A stretch of DNA of 63,997 nucleotides, filler included, from Octopus bimaculoides (Eukaryota): assembly GCF_001194135.2 (NCBI RefSeq). It is 7 parts of 6 records of this genome, joined end to end, with 100 filler letters (N's around TTAATTAATTAA, not from the genome) between each part and the next. Parts side by side here need not be neighbours in the genome. Positions count along the whole stretch, not along the records: positions 9,317 to 19,415 come from NC_068997.1; positions 19,516 to 44,616 come from NC_068986.1; 5 more parts are not named here. One strand, written 5' to 3'. The stretch's first letter is position 1; each line of letters starts with the position of its first letter. A program made the position numbers and the translations under genes. The notes below the pieces were generated by a model. The model searched no databases. It was not told the DNA's origin and saw only the letters and a list, made by a program, of their open reading frames with translations. Below, one piece after another: positions 12,924-25,017 of this stretch.

Positions 12924-13427
12924 CATACATATATATATNNNNNNNNNNNNNNNNNNNNNNNNNNNNNNNNNNNNNNNNNNNNNNNNNNNNNNNNNNNNNN
13001 NNNNNNNNNNNNNNNNNNNNNNNNNNNNNNNNNNNNNNNNNNNNNNNNNNNNNNNNNNNNNNNNNNNNNNNNNNNNNNNNNNNNNNNNNNNNNNNNNNNN
13101 NNNNNNNNNNNNNNNNNNNNNNNNNNNNNNNNNNNNNNNNNNNNNNNNNNNNNNNNNNNNNNNNNNNNNNNNNNNNNNNNNNNNNNNNNNNNNNNNNNNN
13201 NNNNNNNNNNNNNNNNNNNNNNNNNNNNNNNNNNNNNNNNNNNNNNNNNNNNNNNNNNNNNNNNNNNNNNNNNNNNNNNNNNNNNNNNNNNNNNNNNNNN
13301 NNNNNNNNNNNNNNNNNNNNNNNNNNNNNNNNNNNNNNNNNNNNNNNNNNNNNNNNNNNNNNNNNNNNNNNNNNNNNNNNNNNNNNNNNNNNNNNNNNTA
13401 TATATACATATATATATGGATTGTAAG

Positions 13428-13465
13428 ACCGATACAGAAACGATTGGGAAGGCGAAGTCTCTCAG
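13428..13465 (+). CDS. Candidate 38-nt coding exon, phase 1-0, xRYRNDWEGEVSQ
   Basis: tgtaag|ACCGATACAGAAACGATTGGGAAGGCGAAGTCTCTCAG|gtatta; good donor and protein-like codons, but the acceptor lacks a pyrimidine tract. Confidence 0.28.
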
Positions 13466-13472
13466 GTATTAG

Positions 13473-13511
<39 letters not shown>

Positions 13512-13850
13512 CCATTTATGTAACACTATGTCTATATATATACCCCACAACACACACACACACAGACGCACACGCACGCACACATACAAGAATATATGTA
13601 TGTTAATACATAATATTTGCTGAGCATTTATGAAAGCAACGTGGTTAATTACTAGATGTGCAAACATTACGAATACACTGCTATGTTATTACTGGTTTTG
13701 AAATATATGAAATGTGAAAGAATATAAGCTAGAGACAGGCAATATTAAACCTACATTATATCTATATACAAATATACATACGTGTGTGAGAGCGCGTGTG
13801 TGTGTGAGCGGTATATGTATTATATCTACAGTTTATCAATATAAAGGTAT

Positions 13851-13913
<63 letters not shown>

Positions 13914-13925
13914 ATTCATGGTCTA

Positions 13926-13979
<54 letters not shown>

Positions 13980-14455
13980 TGTTTGTGTGTTTTTGAATGT
14001 TTGTATGTATTGTATAAAAGACTGGAATTAATAGTATTATCTTCAATGGTACAAATGCATTGAAGGTATACATGTATTTATATATATAAACATATATGTA
14101 CATGAATGTATGTTTATATATGTGTGTATGTGTACGTATGCTTTCCTGTTTTGTTTCGTACTTTTTCTTATTTCTCGCAAACAGAGAAGGGGCTAGTTTC
14201 TAGCCTAGAAACAATGCGCTTTCATTGGAATTTAGACTATAGAAACAGGATTGTCTTGTATGTATTTATGTGTGCATATGTGCATGTTTCTATATACATA
14301 CTTATATTAAACTTCCATGAAGTTTAACATGTAGGAAGATGTACATATATAATTCAGAAAAGTCACCTCATAGAAGGAGTTACTCAAAGAATAAAGCAGA
14401 CCTTTTTTGTGGTAAGTAACTTCGAAGAGAACAGAAGAATTTCTTCTGAGCTCAC

Positions 14456-14648
14456 CTCCTTAGGCAAGTGTTTCGGCACTGAACTCCTTATTTTCAAAAG
14501 GCCGCGCCGCATCCAGGCCATGGCACCTGTGTGCCCTTCTACTGACATTTTGTAGCCGCTTCGATATGGGAGAGTTGTGCATTTAAACTGCATGGGAGAT
14601 TTGATATAGTTGAAAGACTCCTGTCTTGACACAACACGAAAGCATATA
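14456..14648 (-). CDS. Candidate exon; if first coding exon, CDS 14456-14521 = MAWMRRGLLKIRSSVPKHLPKE
   Basis: Donor GAG|gtgagc, GCCATGG start context at 14521, alternative acceptor ttttattttag| at 14648, open frame through 193 nt, CpG-rich patch. Confidence 0.33.
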
Positions 14649-14669
14649 CTAAAATAAAAAATAACGTTG

Positions 14670-14683
14670 GTTGTCATGGCAGC
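14670..14683. promoter_or_regulatory. RFX X-box-like palindrome GTTGTCATGGCAGC
   Basis: Two mismatches to GTTGCCATGGCAAC; lies just upstream of the minus-strand candidate exon. Confidence 0.4.
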
Positions 14684-14749
14684 GGTGAAACGTCAACGCT
14701 ATCTCAAGGTCTCGCCCAGAATTACTTGCCTTAGCGTTAAAATACAAAA

Positions 14750-14959
14750 ATATTCTTTTCTACTCTAGGCACAAGGTCCAAAACTTTTGGGGAGGGGGCT
14801 AGTCAATTAGATCGACCTCAGTACGCAACTGGTACTTAATTTATCGACTCCGAAAGGATGAAAGGCAAAGTCGACCTCAGCGGAATTTGAACCCAGACAG
14901 ACCAAATACTGATCAGCGTTTCGTCCGGTGTGCTAACGTTTCTGCCAGCTCGTCGCCTT
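14750..14959 (-). mobile_element. SINE family A, type-3 tail, with target-site duplication
   Basis: Core and head recognisable; taaaatacaaaa(a/c)atatt repeated on both sides (~14738-14754 and ~14959-14976). Confidence 0.9.
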
Positions 14960-14984
14960 AAAATACAAAACATATTGCCTTCAG

Positions 14985-15850
14985 ATGGTATAGAGGTCGT
15001 TTTTCTTCCCCGTCGACCAGATCCAGCTTGAACATCACTCTGCTATCTCTGATAATTCATTTAGGGTTTTGGTCTTGTTCTTCCTAGAGAATGAGAGTTT
15101 TTTTAAACTAGATCGTAAGCAGATTTGTCCACAACCTTCAACCTCCATGGTGAAAAGCTTTAAAATTGGGACTAGTCAACTGTTATATTGCGTCAGTTGT
15201 CGTCTAGGATCAAAATGGTGGGCAATAAGAGTAATGAAAATTAACTTAGGTGTCTTTGCGATGTGGAACCTTCGTTGATTGGGCATAATAAGCAGCAAAA
15301 TGAGCGTGGAAGACTCTTATTGGCACCAGTCAGATCCACATTGGGAAGTATCGGCAAAGCAATGTGTTAGACGCTGTAGGTGTGATTGTCTGAGGGCAAT
15401 AAAAAGTACATCTTCAAGAGGGATGCTAATAATTGCTGAATCAAGAGCCAGAAGCGTGTCCAGCAGTGAACAACCTTTAAGAAATGAGAATTGGAATACC
15501 AGAGCCTTAACGGGTGATATCAACTATACGTTATCGGTGTCCCTTCTACAAGATCCCGTGGCACTGATACCATAGATTTAGCTGGGATGGCCTGATGGAA
15601 GCTATATTTTTCAAGTCTGGTGTCAACTGTGACAGCACAGACAGGAGTTGGGGCACTTAAAAGACCCCGGCTGTCATTTTGTTTTATGGCGTGAATCCTA
15701 ATCGATGAAAGGGTTTTCCTCTTGAGGTTTAGCTGACAGAGGGGCCAGTGTGGATAAGGCAAGTGCATGCACCGAAGTGCGTGTTGCGACTCCGAATGCA
15801 GATCCTTCCTTGATGGCGGTCACTGCAGATTTAGACAGAGTAGAGACGAA
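14985..15850 (-). mobile_element. Degenerate non-LTR retrotransposon with restriction-like endonuclease C-terminus (HERO/R2-group-like)
   Basis: Minus translation KAFHHGVEGCGQICLRSSLKKLSFSRKNKTKTLNELSEIAE*CSSWIWS (~15012-15165) resembles the ..VEVGCRG..L..LG..A...AE.AS.W+W end of HERO-like ORFs; upstream frames are broken. Confidence 0.4.
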
Positions 15851-16494
15851 GACAGTAAATAGATGGATGGATATGCGCGCGTGTGTGTGTGTGTGTGTGT
15901 GTGTGTGCATGTGAGCATGCGTTTGTGTGTACATCTGTGTGCGTTTCTGTGTTTTTGTGTGTTCGTGTGCGTGTGTGCGTGTATATATATATATATATAT
16001 NNNNNNNNNNNNNNNNNNNNNNNNNNNNNNNNNNNNNNNNNNNNNNNNNNNNNNNNNNNNNNNNNNNNNNNNNNNNNNNNNNNNNNNNNNNNNNNNNNNN
16101 NNNNNNNNNNNNNNNNNNNNNNNNNNNNNNNNNNNNNNNNNNNNNNNNNNNNNNNNNNNNNNNNNNNNNNNNNNNNNNNNNNNNNNNNNNNNNNNNNNNN
16201 NNNNNNNNNNNNNNNNNNNNNNNNNNNNNNNNNNNNNNNNNNNNNNNNNNNNNNNNNNNNNNNNNNNNNNNNNNNNNNNNNNNNNNNNNNNNNNNNNNNN
16301 NNNNNNNNNNNNNNNNNNNNNNNNNNNNNNNNNNNNNNNNNNNNNNNNNNNNNNNNNNNNNNNNNNNNNNNNNNNNNNNNNNNNNNNNNNNNNNNNNNNN
16401 NNNNNNNNNNNNNNNNNNNNNNNNNNNNNNNNNNNNNNNNNNNNNNNNNNNNNNNNNNNNNNNNNNNNNNNNNNNNNNNNNNNNNNNNNNNNNN

Positions 16495-16547
16495 CAATGG
16501 TAAGGTTGGAGAAGTATCCATAAAATACTTCTCCAACCTTACCATTG
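16495..16547. repeat. Perfect 23-bp inverted repeat with 7-nt loop
   Basis: caatggtaaggttggagaagtat-ccataaa-atacttctccaaccttaccattg. Confidence 0.95.
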
Positions 16548-16968
16548 CTCTCTTTATCTTTTTATTTTTATATATTTACATATACATATATATATATATA
16601 TAAATATATATACATTATGTATGTATTTATATATATATATATGTATATATGTATTTATGGTGGTATATATATTGATACATACACGCACGCACCCTTATAT
16701 ATATGTATGCAAGTGAATGTATATATATATATATATATATAACGCTGTGATATAAAACGTACAGTTAGGCCGAACACACAGACACAGGTATCGCATAATC
16801 TCCAATAATGTAGTTTATATTTTAGTAGAGAAAGGAAGACCGAGAAATATGGAGGAAGAGAGAAGGCGGAGAGGGGTGGTGGGAGTTGGTGGAATGAGCG
16901 AGCTTGGTCTGAAAAAAAGTGAAAGTGTGAGGAAAAGAGAAGAAAGGAAAAAAAATCACAACAGTCAC

Positions 16969-16969
<1 letters not shown>

Positions 16970-17027
<58 letters not shown>

Positions 17028-17040
17028 TAACAATAATAAC
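16970..17040. repeat. (AAT)n microsatellite
   Basis: Directly visible. Confidence 0.95.
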
Positions 17041-17749
17041 ATTAGCCAATGAATATGGAATATCGTGTGAGTATATTATTAACCGTTTCAATAGTAGATA
17101 TTAATTTATATTATGGTTCATTATAGCTTGCTTCTAAACGGCAAATAAACTGTGGAGTTAAACAGTGATACGTGTGTGCGGATATATATCTGAGTGTATA
17201 GTTATATATGTACATATACAGTTAAATGTGTGTGCGTTTGTGTGTGTGTGTGTGTATATACATATATTTCTGAATGTATGTATATGTTTATATAGAGATC
17301 TGTGTATTTATAGGTTTGCATTTATATATATANNNNNNNNNNNNNNNNNNNNNNNNNNNNNNNNNNNNNNNNNNNNNNNNNNNNNNNNNNNNNNNNNNNN
17401 NNNNNNNNNNNNNNNNNNNNNNNNNNNNNNNNNNNNNNNNNNNNNNNNNNNNNNNNNNNNNNNNNNNNNNNNNNNNNNNNNNNNNNNNNNNNNNNNNNNN
17501 NNNNNNNNNNNNNNNNNNNNNNNNNNNNNNNNNNNNNNNNNNNNNNNNNNNNNNNNNNNNNNNNNNNNNNNNNNNNNNNNNNNNNNNNNNNNNNNNNNNN
17601 NNNNNNNNNNNNNNNNNNNNNNNNNNNNNNNNNNNNNNNNNNNNNNNNNNNNNNNNNNNNNNNNNNNNNNNNNNNNNNNNNNNNNNNNGTTTAGGGCAGA
17701 CATTCCGAAGAGGCAAAGAAGCAAACACACACAAACACACACACACACA

Positions 17750-17803
<54 letters not shown>

Positions 17804-18019
17804 CACATCTCCTTACACATATATAGGTGTATTAAAACAATATTTTCGTTTAAATTCTCAGAGTCTATGGTTTTTTACGCTAGCAAAGATAATAGTTAAA
17901 TAACCATAATAAACTATAACATAATATCATAACAGTATAATATCATATTAAGTATATATTTGTAATCAATACATAATAAATACGATGGGAGACGTAAGTG
18001 TTATCAATAAATAAATTAT

Positions 18020-18277
18020 CTTTGGCCTTTTACTTGTTTCAATCAATAGGCTGCGACCATGCTGGAGAACCAATGCGAAGAATTTTTTTAGTCGAATGAA
18101 TCGACCCCAGTAAATAGTGTTTCTTTAAAGTCTGGTACTTTTTCTATCGGACGCTTTTTTGCGGAAACGCGAAATTACGAGAACATAAACAAAGCAACAT
18201 CGGTTGTCATGCATCTCGGGGAGCAAAGACACAAAGACACAAACACACACACACATATACGATGTGATTCTTTCAGT
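18020..18277 (-). mobile_element. SINE family B 3' part, cut off by the adjacent family A copy
   Basis: ttttacttgtttcaatcaataggctgcgaccatgctggag and tacgatgtgattctttcagtttc match family B. Confidence 0.8.
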
Positions 18278-18514
18278 TTCTTATTTCTTTACTGCCCACA
18301 AGGGGCCAAACATAGAGGGGACAAACAAGGACAGACAAAGGGATTAAGTCGATTACATCGACTCCAGTGCGTAACTGGGACTTAATTTATCGACCCCGAA
18401 AGGATGAAAGGCAAAGTCGACCTCGTCGGAATTTGAACTCAGAACGTAACGGCAGACGAAATACGGCCAAGCATTTCGCCCGGCGTGTTAACGTTCCTGC
18501 CAGCTCGCTGCCTC
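18278..18514 (-). mobile_element. SINE family A, full-length young copy, type-1 tail
   Basis: Near-identical to 4757-4984. Confidence 0.92.
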
Positions 18515-18648
18515 AGAGACATAGTGTTAAAAAGAAATAAAGGAATGCGAACTTTGACCTGTTACAAATACATATTGATAATCATGGTCGTCACTTGCAA
18601 GCGTGTATGTTATGGTGGTGTGTATGATGCTTTGCCTGTTTGTGTTAG

Positions 18649-18768
18649 TCTCGACGAGACATTGAGATCCTCTTGGTCCTCTTACGCATGATCCAGCGGC
18701 GCAACCAAGATGTGATAGCTGGAAAGAGAGCGTCGTGGCGCCACCGTTCTGCTGATTCACGCTTTTAA
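18649..18768 (+). CDS. Candidate terminal coding exon SRRDIEILLVLLRMIQRRNQDVIAGKRASWRHRSADSRF*
   Basis: Acceptor tttgcctgtttgtgttag|, 39 codons with C/G-ending bias then TAA; phase 0 fits 13428-13465. A competing minus-strand exon 18686-18768 (tttatgcag| .. |gtaaga) is also possible. Confidence 0.38.
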   Translation, partial: SRRDIEILLVLLRMIQRRNQDVIAGKRASWRHRSADSRF

Positions 18769-18997
18769 CTGCATAAACTTGAGCAATGTTAAATGAAGAG
18801 CCTTATTGAAGCACACAGTGCGTCACTCACGCCAAAAATCGAACCCCTGGTTTTATGACTCCGGCGCCCAACAGGCTAACCACGAGGTCACATGAATTCA
18901 TAACATTGATAGGAAGAGAAAATTGTAAACTTGAGGTGTTACTTCGTGAATCCTCTTCCTTTGTAACCCCGTAATTTAATTTTTGATCTATGTAAAA

Positions 18998-19103
18998 CAT
19001 GCGTTGTCTTAAGGATCGTTCGGTTTGTACGATGTAATATTCTTCACGAGCGTGAAATTCCATAGATTAAATTTCCAGATGCACATATGAATTCATTTTT
19101 TAT
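18998..19103 (-). mobile_element. Penelope-like GIY-YIG endonuclease remnant (frameshifted)
   Basis: IKNEFICASGNLIYGIS followed in another frame by EEYYIVQTERSLRQRM, matching F.C.S.N+IY.I.C..C..YIGQT.R.LR.R. Confidence 0.7.
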
Positions 19104-19380
19104 TGTGTAGAGTTGTCCTTATTGAAAATGGGTCTCCGATCACTCCACCAGGTTAAGACATAGAACCCAGTTGGGTCTATTGCATGTTTTGTTGCTGCCT
19201 ATATTATTTCTTGAAGTCACACACACACACATATGGATGAGAAACAGTTTCAAAAATTCAAATGTTTCAATGCCTCATTGTAGACGGAGTAGAAATATTT
19301 GAGTATGTGAGTGATACTTATACATATATTATACTCCACCCCTACACACGCACATATATATGTATGTATCTGTGCGTGCA

Positions 19381-19415
<35 letters not shown>

Positions 19416-19515
19416 NNNNNNNNNNNNNNNNNNNNNNNNNNNNNNNNNNNNNNNNNNNNTTAATTAATTAANNNNNNNNNNNNNNNNNNNNNNNNNNNNN
19501 NNNNNNNNNNNNNNN

Positions 19516-19564
<49 letters not shown>

Positions 19565-19939
19565 GTATATAATGTTGGTATGTCTATACATTTATGTATA
19601 TCTGTCTACATAACACGAACCAGATATGATGTGAGTGGAGAGAAAGAGCGAAGGGTAGATTAAGTGTATGTGTGTGTGTGTGTGTGTGTGTGTTAGAGTA
19701 ATAGGAATTGAAGGGTGGCCATATCCACCCATGTACCTCACCACTCATTCGTCAGTACACCCACACACATGTTATGTTAAATTCACTTTCCCATCCTTAG
19801 TTTTTTTTTCCTTTTTTATATTCCATACACCCTACCCCTATATACACACCACCCGTCACTTCCACCGCTTACTTTCTTCCTTTTCTTCTCTCTCTCCTCT
19901 TTTTCTCTCTCCTTGTACACTTTTCTCTCTCTTTCTCTC

Positions 19940-20058
19940 TTTCCTTCACACTTTATGTCCCCTTCTCTCTCTCTCTTTCCTTCACACTTTATGTCCCCTT
20001 CTCTCTCTCTCTTTCTCTCTCTCTCTTTCCTTCACACTTTATGTCCCCTTCTCTCTCT
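19940..20058. repeat. Three copies of tttccttcacactttatgtccccttctctct separated by variable CT tracts
   Basis: Directly visible. Confidence 0.9.
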
Positions 20059-20164
20059 ATATATATATTCTCACTCACGCTTATTACTTCCTTAGCTCTC
20101 CACCTCTCTCGCTCTCTCTCTCGTTTGTCCCCACCCGCACCCCCTTGCGTCAGTCCTCACCATT

Positions 20165-20345
20165 ACCTCCACCCCACCAACAACAACAACAACGCCATCA
20201 CCTTCGCCTCTATGTCAACTATGGAGCCTCTCTCACCACCACCATCACCACCACCATCACCATAACCACCACCACAACCACCACCACCACCACCATCACT
20301 ACCATCATCATCATCGCCACCATCATCACCACCACTGCCGTCTCC
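20165..20345. repeat. Compound (CAA)/(CAC)/(CAT) microsatellite
   Basis: Directly visible. Confidence 0.9.
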
Positions 20346-20740
20346 GCCGCCGCGAGTTTCTGTCTGATAAGAATGATAAACGACAGTGATGGATCTCGGC
20401 AGTGATGTCTCTATGGCAACCGTCAAGACCCATCTCCCTCCGTTGGGGGAAGCTATCATTTCTCTGGTTCCAGTGTGTCTAGCAGATGACAATGAGTTAT
20501 GATGTTTTACTAAAACTGCCAAGTTGCCTTTGACAGGCAAATTATCATAAATCTTTTGTTGCCTGACCTGGCACCAGGTCATAAATATTTTGATTGGTCA
20601 TAATTTCTTGCTTATTTTCAAGAAATTGTTTCTCAGATAAGAGGAGCCAGAACAACACAGCCAGCTGGCTTCTTCTTCTTCTTCTTCTCTCATCCTCCTC
20701 CTCCTTCTTCTTCTTGTTGATGTTAATGCTAGCATAAATA

Positions 20741-20784
<44 letters not shown>

Positions 20785-20982
20785 AGGTGTTGGGAGATTT
20801 TGCTATGTTTTTGAAGGATTTTTATTTTTTGTTTGGCTTTTATTATTATTTTTATTATTGTATTTTTGCTTTCTGCTGTTGCAGTTGTTATTGCTGTTGT
20901 TGATTTATATATATACACATACATACATGCATACATACATATATATATATATACATACATATATATATACATACATATATAT

Positions 20983-21064
<82 letters not shown>

Positions 21065-21146
21065 TCTTTGACTTTTGGTAACACTGGTTCTTGTTCCTGT
21101 TGAGTGTGATTATTATGTGTTATATGAGAAGAGAAAGGAAAGGGGC

Positions 21147-21187
<41 letters not shown>

Positions 21188-21365
21188 ATGTAGATACACA
21201 TATACATATATATCTCACACACAGACATTATGTCTGTGTGTTTTGTATGTGAGCGGTTTACACAAGGTGTGTTGGTAGGTGACTGTTGTTATTTGTTTCC
21301 GCTCATGAAACGAGACCAATAACAACAAAACTGTGCAAGGGAGAGAGCATTCAATATACATGTAC

Positions 21366-21403
<38 letters not shown>

Positions 21404-21413
21404 TTAACTATAA

Positions 21414-21474
<61 letters not shown>

Positions 21475-22089
21475 AATATGAATAATTGTGGCAGCCACTA
21501 GCTCTCTGCTCTCATACCTGTGTAGTTTTACTCTCACATGTACGTGCATATATACACGCAACATCATTTTCTCATTTTTAATCTGCTGTTTTATAAATAA
21601 ATATTTATTCCTCCGCCTTCCGTCATTTCCTTTTTATTTCTAAAATTTTAATTTTAGCTTCTCATTCATTCCACAACCCTTTTCTTATTATTTCCCCTCT
21701 TTTCTAAGACTTCATCATTCTCTCACTCACTCACTCTCGCGCTCTCTCTCTCTCTCTCTCACTTTCTTTATCTCTATGTATCTAATTTATATATATATTT
21801 AACCTCACATCCATTTATCTAGTCATCCATTCTTCACCATCATCACCACAACCATCACCTTTGTATATCTATTTAATCTGTCCATCCTTTTTATCTACCA
21901 GGACAGCTACCTAGATAGCCAGCTAGCTATGTAGCTAGCTAGTTGTCTGACAAGCTATGTTGCTATCGATCTGTTAATATTCATCTATCCATCCATCCAT
22001 CAATCAATCCGTCCCTCACCCTATTTCGTCATCTTTTATCAATCTACGCACAAACTATCATCCCGATATATGTCCTGCAATCCCTCGCT

Positions 22090-22166
<77 letters not shown>

Positions 22167-22420
22167 GCGCTCTCTCTCTATTTCTCTCTCTCTATTTCTC
22201 TCTCTCTCTCTCAGTATTTGATGGAGTGCTGGCAAGAAAGATGTCGAAGTTTCGAGCACTGAATGAACTCAGAATTCATTCATAAAGCCTCGGTCGTGGG
22301 TTTCCCAGGTTTTCATGAGTGTGCCTGGACTACCTAGAGCTCCAGTCACCATGCTCGGAGGGAAAGTTAAAGACCGTCAACTCGTCTGACTTGACCTGGC
22401 AAAAGGCTCATGAATCAGTT

Positions 22421-23073
22421 GGATCTATTTTAAAACGGGGGCGCCAGTATTTTCTTAACGAAACACTTTGAAACTTGGGACACTGGTAGAATGTGTCATA
22501 TAAAACATCTTTTACTCTTAGTCTTCTTAACAAAAAAAAAAGGAATTCGCAAGTTATTCCATGTTAAAGTTGTCGTATTTCTGTAATTTCAACCAATCAC
22601 TGACGTCTATTCAGCTCCATACAGTGACTGCTGGGCGGTCATAAAAAATGTTATTCCCTGTGACATATTTCATCCGGTTTAATCGTAATTTATACGCATA
22701 TATTGTTTATATAATAAATTACGCTGTACGTATATATGTGTGTAACAATTTTAGAGTTCGGATTCTCGAGTTAGGGTTAGTTTTAGGGTTAGGGTTACGG
22801 TTACGGTTAACAGTCTAGTTAGGGTTAGGGTTAGGGATTAATACGATATACACCGTTACAGCGCTAACTGTTTTCAACTGAATAGACGTCAGTGATTAGT
22901 AGAAATTATCGAAATAAGACAATTTTTCACATGAAATAAATTCGAATACAAAAACATTTTTTTTGTTCTATAACACAAAATAGATAAGTATACGAAGTTC
23001 GAAAGTCTTTCCGTACCAAAAACACTACATAAAACATAAATGAAAACTGGCGCCCCCGTTTTAAAATAGATCC
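22421..23073. mobile_element. 653-bp non-autonomous DNA transposon (MITE), probably Merlin superfamily, with internal TTAGGG repeats
   Basis: Perfect 28-bp TIRs GGATCTATTTTAAAACGGGGGCGCCAGT (22421-22448 / 23046-23073); 8-bp TSD AATCAGTT (22413-22420, 23074-23081); GG termini plus 8-bp TSD fit Merlin; inner ~55-bp imperfect IR around 22560-22614 / 22878-22933. Confidence 0.9.
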
Positions 23074-23104
23074 AATCAGTTCTCTATGCGCCTATCTGAT
23101 TACC

Positions 23105-23452
23105 TGTTTTCTTGTTTCAGTCTTTGGACACCAGCGGCCATGCTGGAGTTTCGCCTTGAAGGATTTTAGGCCAACAAATCGATCCCTAAGTCTGGTATTT
23201 ATTTCTGTCGGTACTCCCTTGTCGAAACCGCTAACTTACGAGAGACGAAAACAATCAATACTCGTTGTCAAACGGTAGAACAAACACAGCCAAATACACA
23301 CACACATATATATATATATATGACGAGTTTCCACACAGTTTCCGTTTACTATATTCACTCACAAGCCATTGGTCGGCCTGAGGCTATAATAGAAGACACC
23401 CGGTGGTTCTGAACCCGAGACCACGTGGCTGCAAAGCGAGCTTTTTAACCGT
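23105..23452 (-). mobile_element. SINE family B, diverged
   Basis: Homologous to 10601-10994. Confidence 0.82.
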
Positions 23453-23559
23453 GCTTTCGCCAACACGATAGGTGCCGTAATCACCTACTTTCCCCCAGCC
23501 GTCATCTTTCTGAATACTAACTAGATTCGACGTTGCAGAACTTCAGTGATCAGTCAAGA

Positions 23560-24430
23560 ACCGGTGCTTTCAACGTGATATATACTGATCTATTTCTGTT
23601 CAAGAGTTTGCGAGTGAACTTCTAATGTGGTCCCATGAATCTGGACCCGTATTCATATGGCTAACCAATAAGGAGCTTACGACAAATTAGCTGGCTCTGG
23701 AGTGTAAATATTGTGATTAAGTGAACGATTTCTCCAGTCCTCTTAGTGATGGCTATTGAATTGATAGTCGGAGGGAATCAAATTCAGCAGACGCTTGGCA
23801 TGGTTCTGTCACTGCTGCATGCCTTTATGGACGGCATAACTTCCATAATGGAAACAAAGAGAGAAGCAAAATCTCTCCTTGCCTGGATGGATTCCAACTA
23901 TCTGACTGCTTACCAAAGCGCACAATATATATATGTATGTGTGTCCATAATGCAAATATAGTCTAAGGAATTATGCTTTGAAATTGGAGAGGAACGGATT
24001 CCAACGATTAAGGAACAGAAAAATAGAGGTATGGAAATTGAGGTGAAACTGAGAGAGACTTTACCATTGATAATTCTAGCTTTGGCAGGTAAGTTTGAGG
24101 TGTGGCGTTACCACGCAGTCCTTTTGTCAAGGCCTATTGTAACCTCGACAAGTGTATAAAATACCGTTACTAAGAGTGGAGAGAATGGGGAAATGTGTTA
24201 TCTAATTCCTAGGAGACGTTGACTCTTGAGTAACACTAGTGATAAGCACCGATAAGGTGATTATGTATCGCTGGGGTATGTTTTCGCATTATGCAAATCA
24301 TCTTTTTGCAGAGCGTACTCCTATGTTTAGCGGCATAAATCTTAACATTTTGCCTGTCCAAAGCATTTTCATAAGCTTGTCCCAAACATCCATGATAGTT
24401 TTCAGACTTTTAGTTGGCCTTGCTTGATAA
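23560..24430 (+). mobile_element. Heavily degraded CR1-type LINE reverse transcriptase remnant
   Basis: Ordered motifs across broken frames: NVIYTDL (VIYTDFSKAFD), HGSV (QGSV), LLAWMDSNYL (L..W...N.L), IGEERIPTIKEQKNRGMEIEVKL (EKDLGV.ID.KL), HLFAER..NILP (FFS.RV..WN.LP). Confidence 0.5.
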
Positions 24431-24603
24431 GTTCTGAACAGTATAAAGTTTTCCATTTATATGTACGAAGTTGCTTTGATGTTCGAAAACTAAAAAAAAA
24501 ATTGGGACTGTATCTTATATATAATGCATGGACACCAAGAAAATACGTGTTGTATATAATCACAGGACAGGCAAAGAGTTAAGTATCCATAAAGATATAT
24601 TAA

Positions 24604-24815
24604 GATACGCCGGGCGAAATGCTTAGCGGTAATTCGTCTTGCCGTTACGTTCTGAGTTCAAATTCCGCCGAGGTCGACTTTGCCTTTCATCCTTTCGGAG
24701 TCGATAAATTAAGTACCAGTTACGCACTGGGGTCGACGTAATCGACTTAATCCCTTTGTCTGTCCTTGTTTGTCCCCTCTATGTTTAGCCCCTTGTGGGC
24801 AATAAAGAAATAAGA
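24604..24815 (+). mobile_element. SINE family A, young copy, slightly 5'-truncated, type-1 tail
   Basis: Near-identical to 1111-1330. Confidence 0.92.
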
Positions 24816-24960
24816 TAAGTACATGCAGCAATGTAAATGCAGTGGACTACAACACCAAATTGCACTCTGAGGGGTGTGAAGGGACAAACTTGGGTTGAAA
24901 CCGAGACTTCTACATGAAGCTTATAACAAGAAGGTACATGTGAAAGGAGTGCTCGTTCCC

Positions 24961-25017
24961 AAGCTATATTGCATTGACGAAGCTATATTGCATTGGCGAA
25001 GCTATATTGCATTGACA
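24961..25017. repeat. 19-bp tandem repeat x3 (aagctatattgcattgacg)
   Basis: Directly visible. Confidence 0.95.

Noticed and set aside
15317-15523. ORF ..THCFADTSQ.. resembling the RT YADD motif
   Set aside because: No upstream QGS motif, and it lies only ~200 bp from a REL-type C-terminus where an RT core cannot be
22771-22836. TTAGGG run as a true telomere or chromosome-fusion scar
   Set aside because: Short, degenerate, single orientation and enclosed by TIRs and a TSD
24080-24095. Perfect donor CAG|GTAAGT suggesting a host exon
   Set aside because: The upstream peptide matches the CR1 RT downstream motif, so it lies inside a LINE remnant
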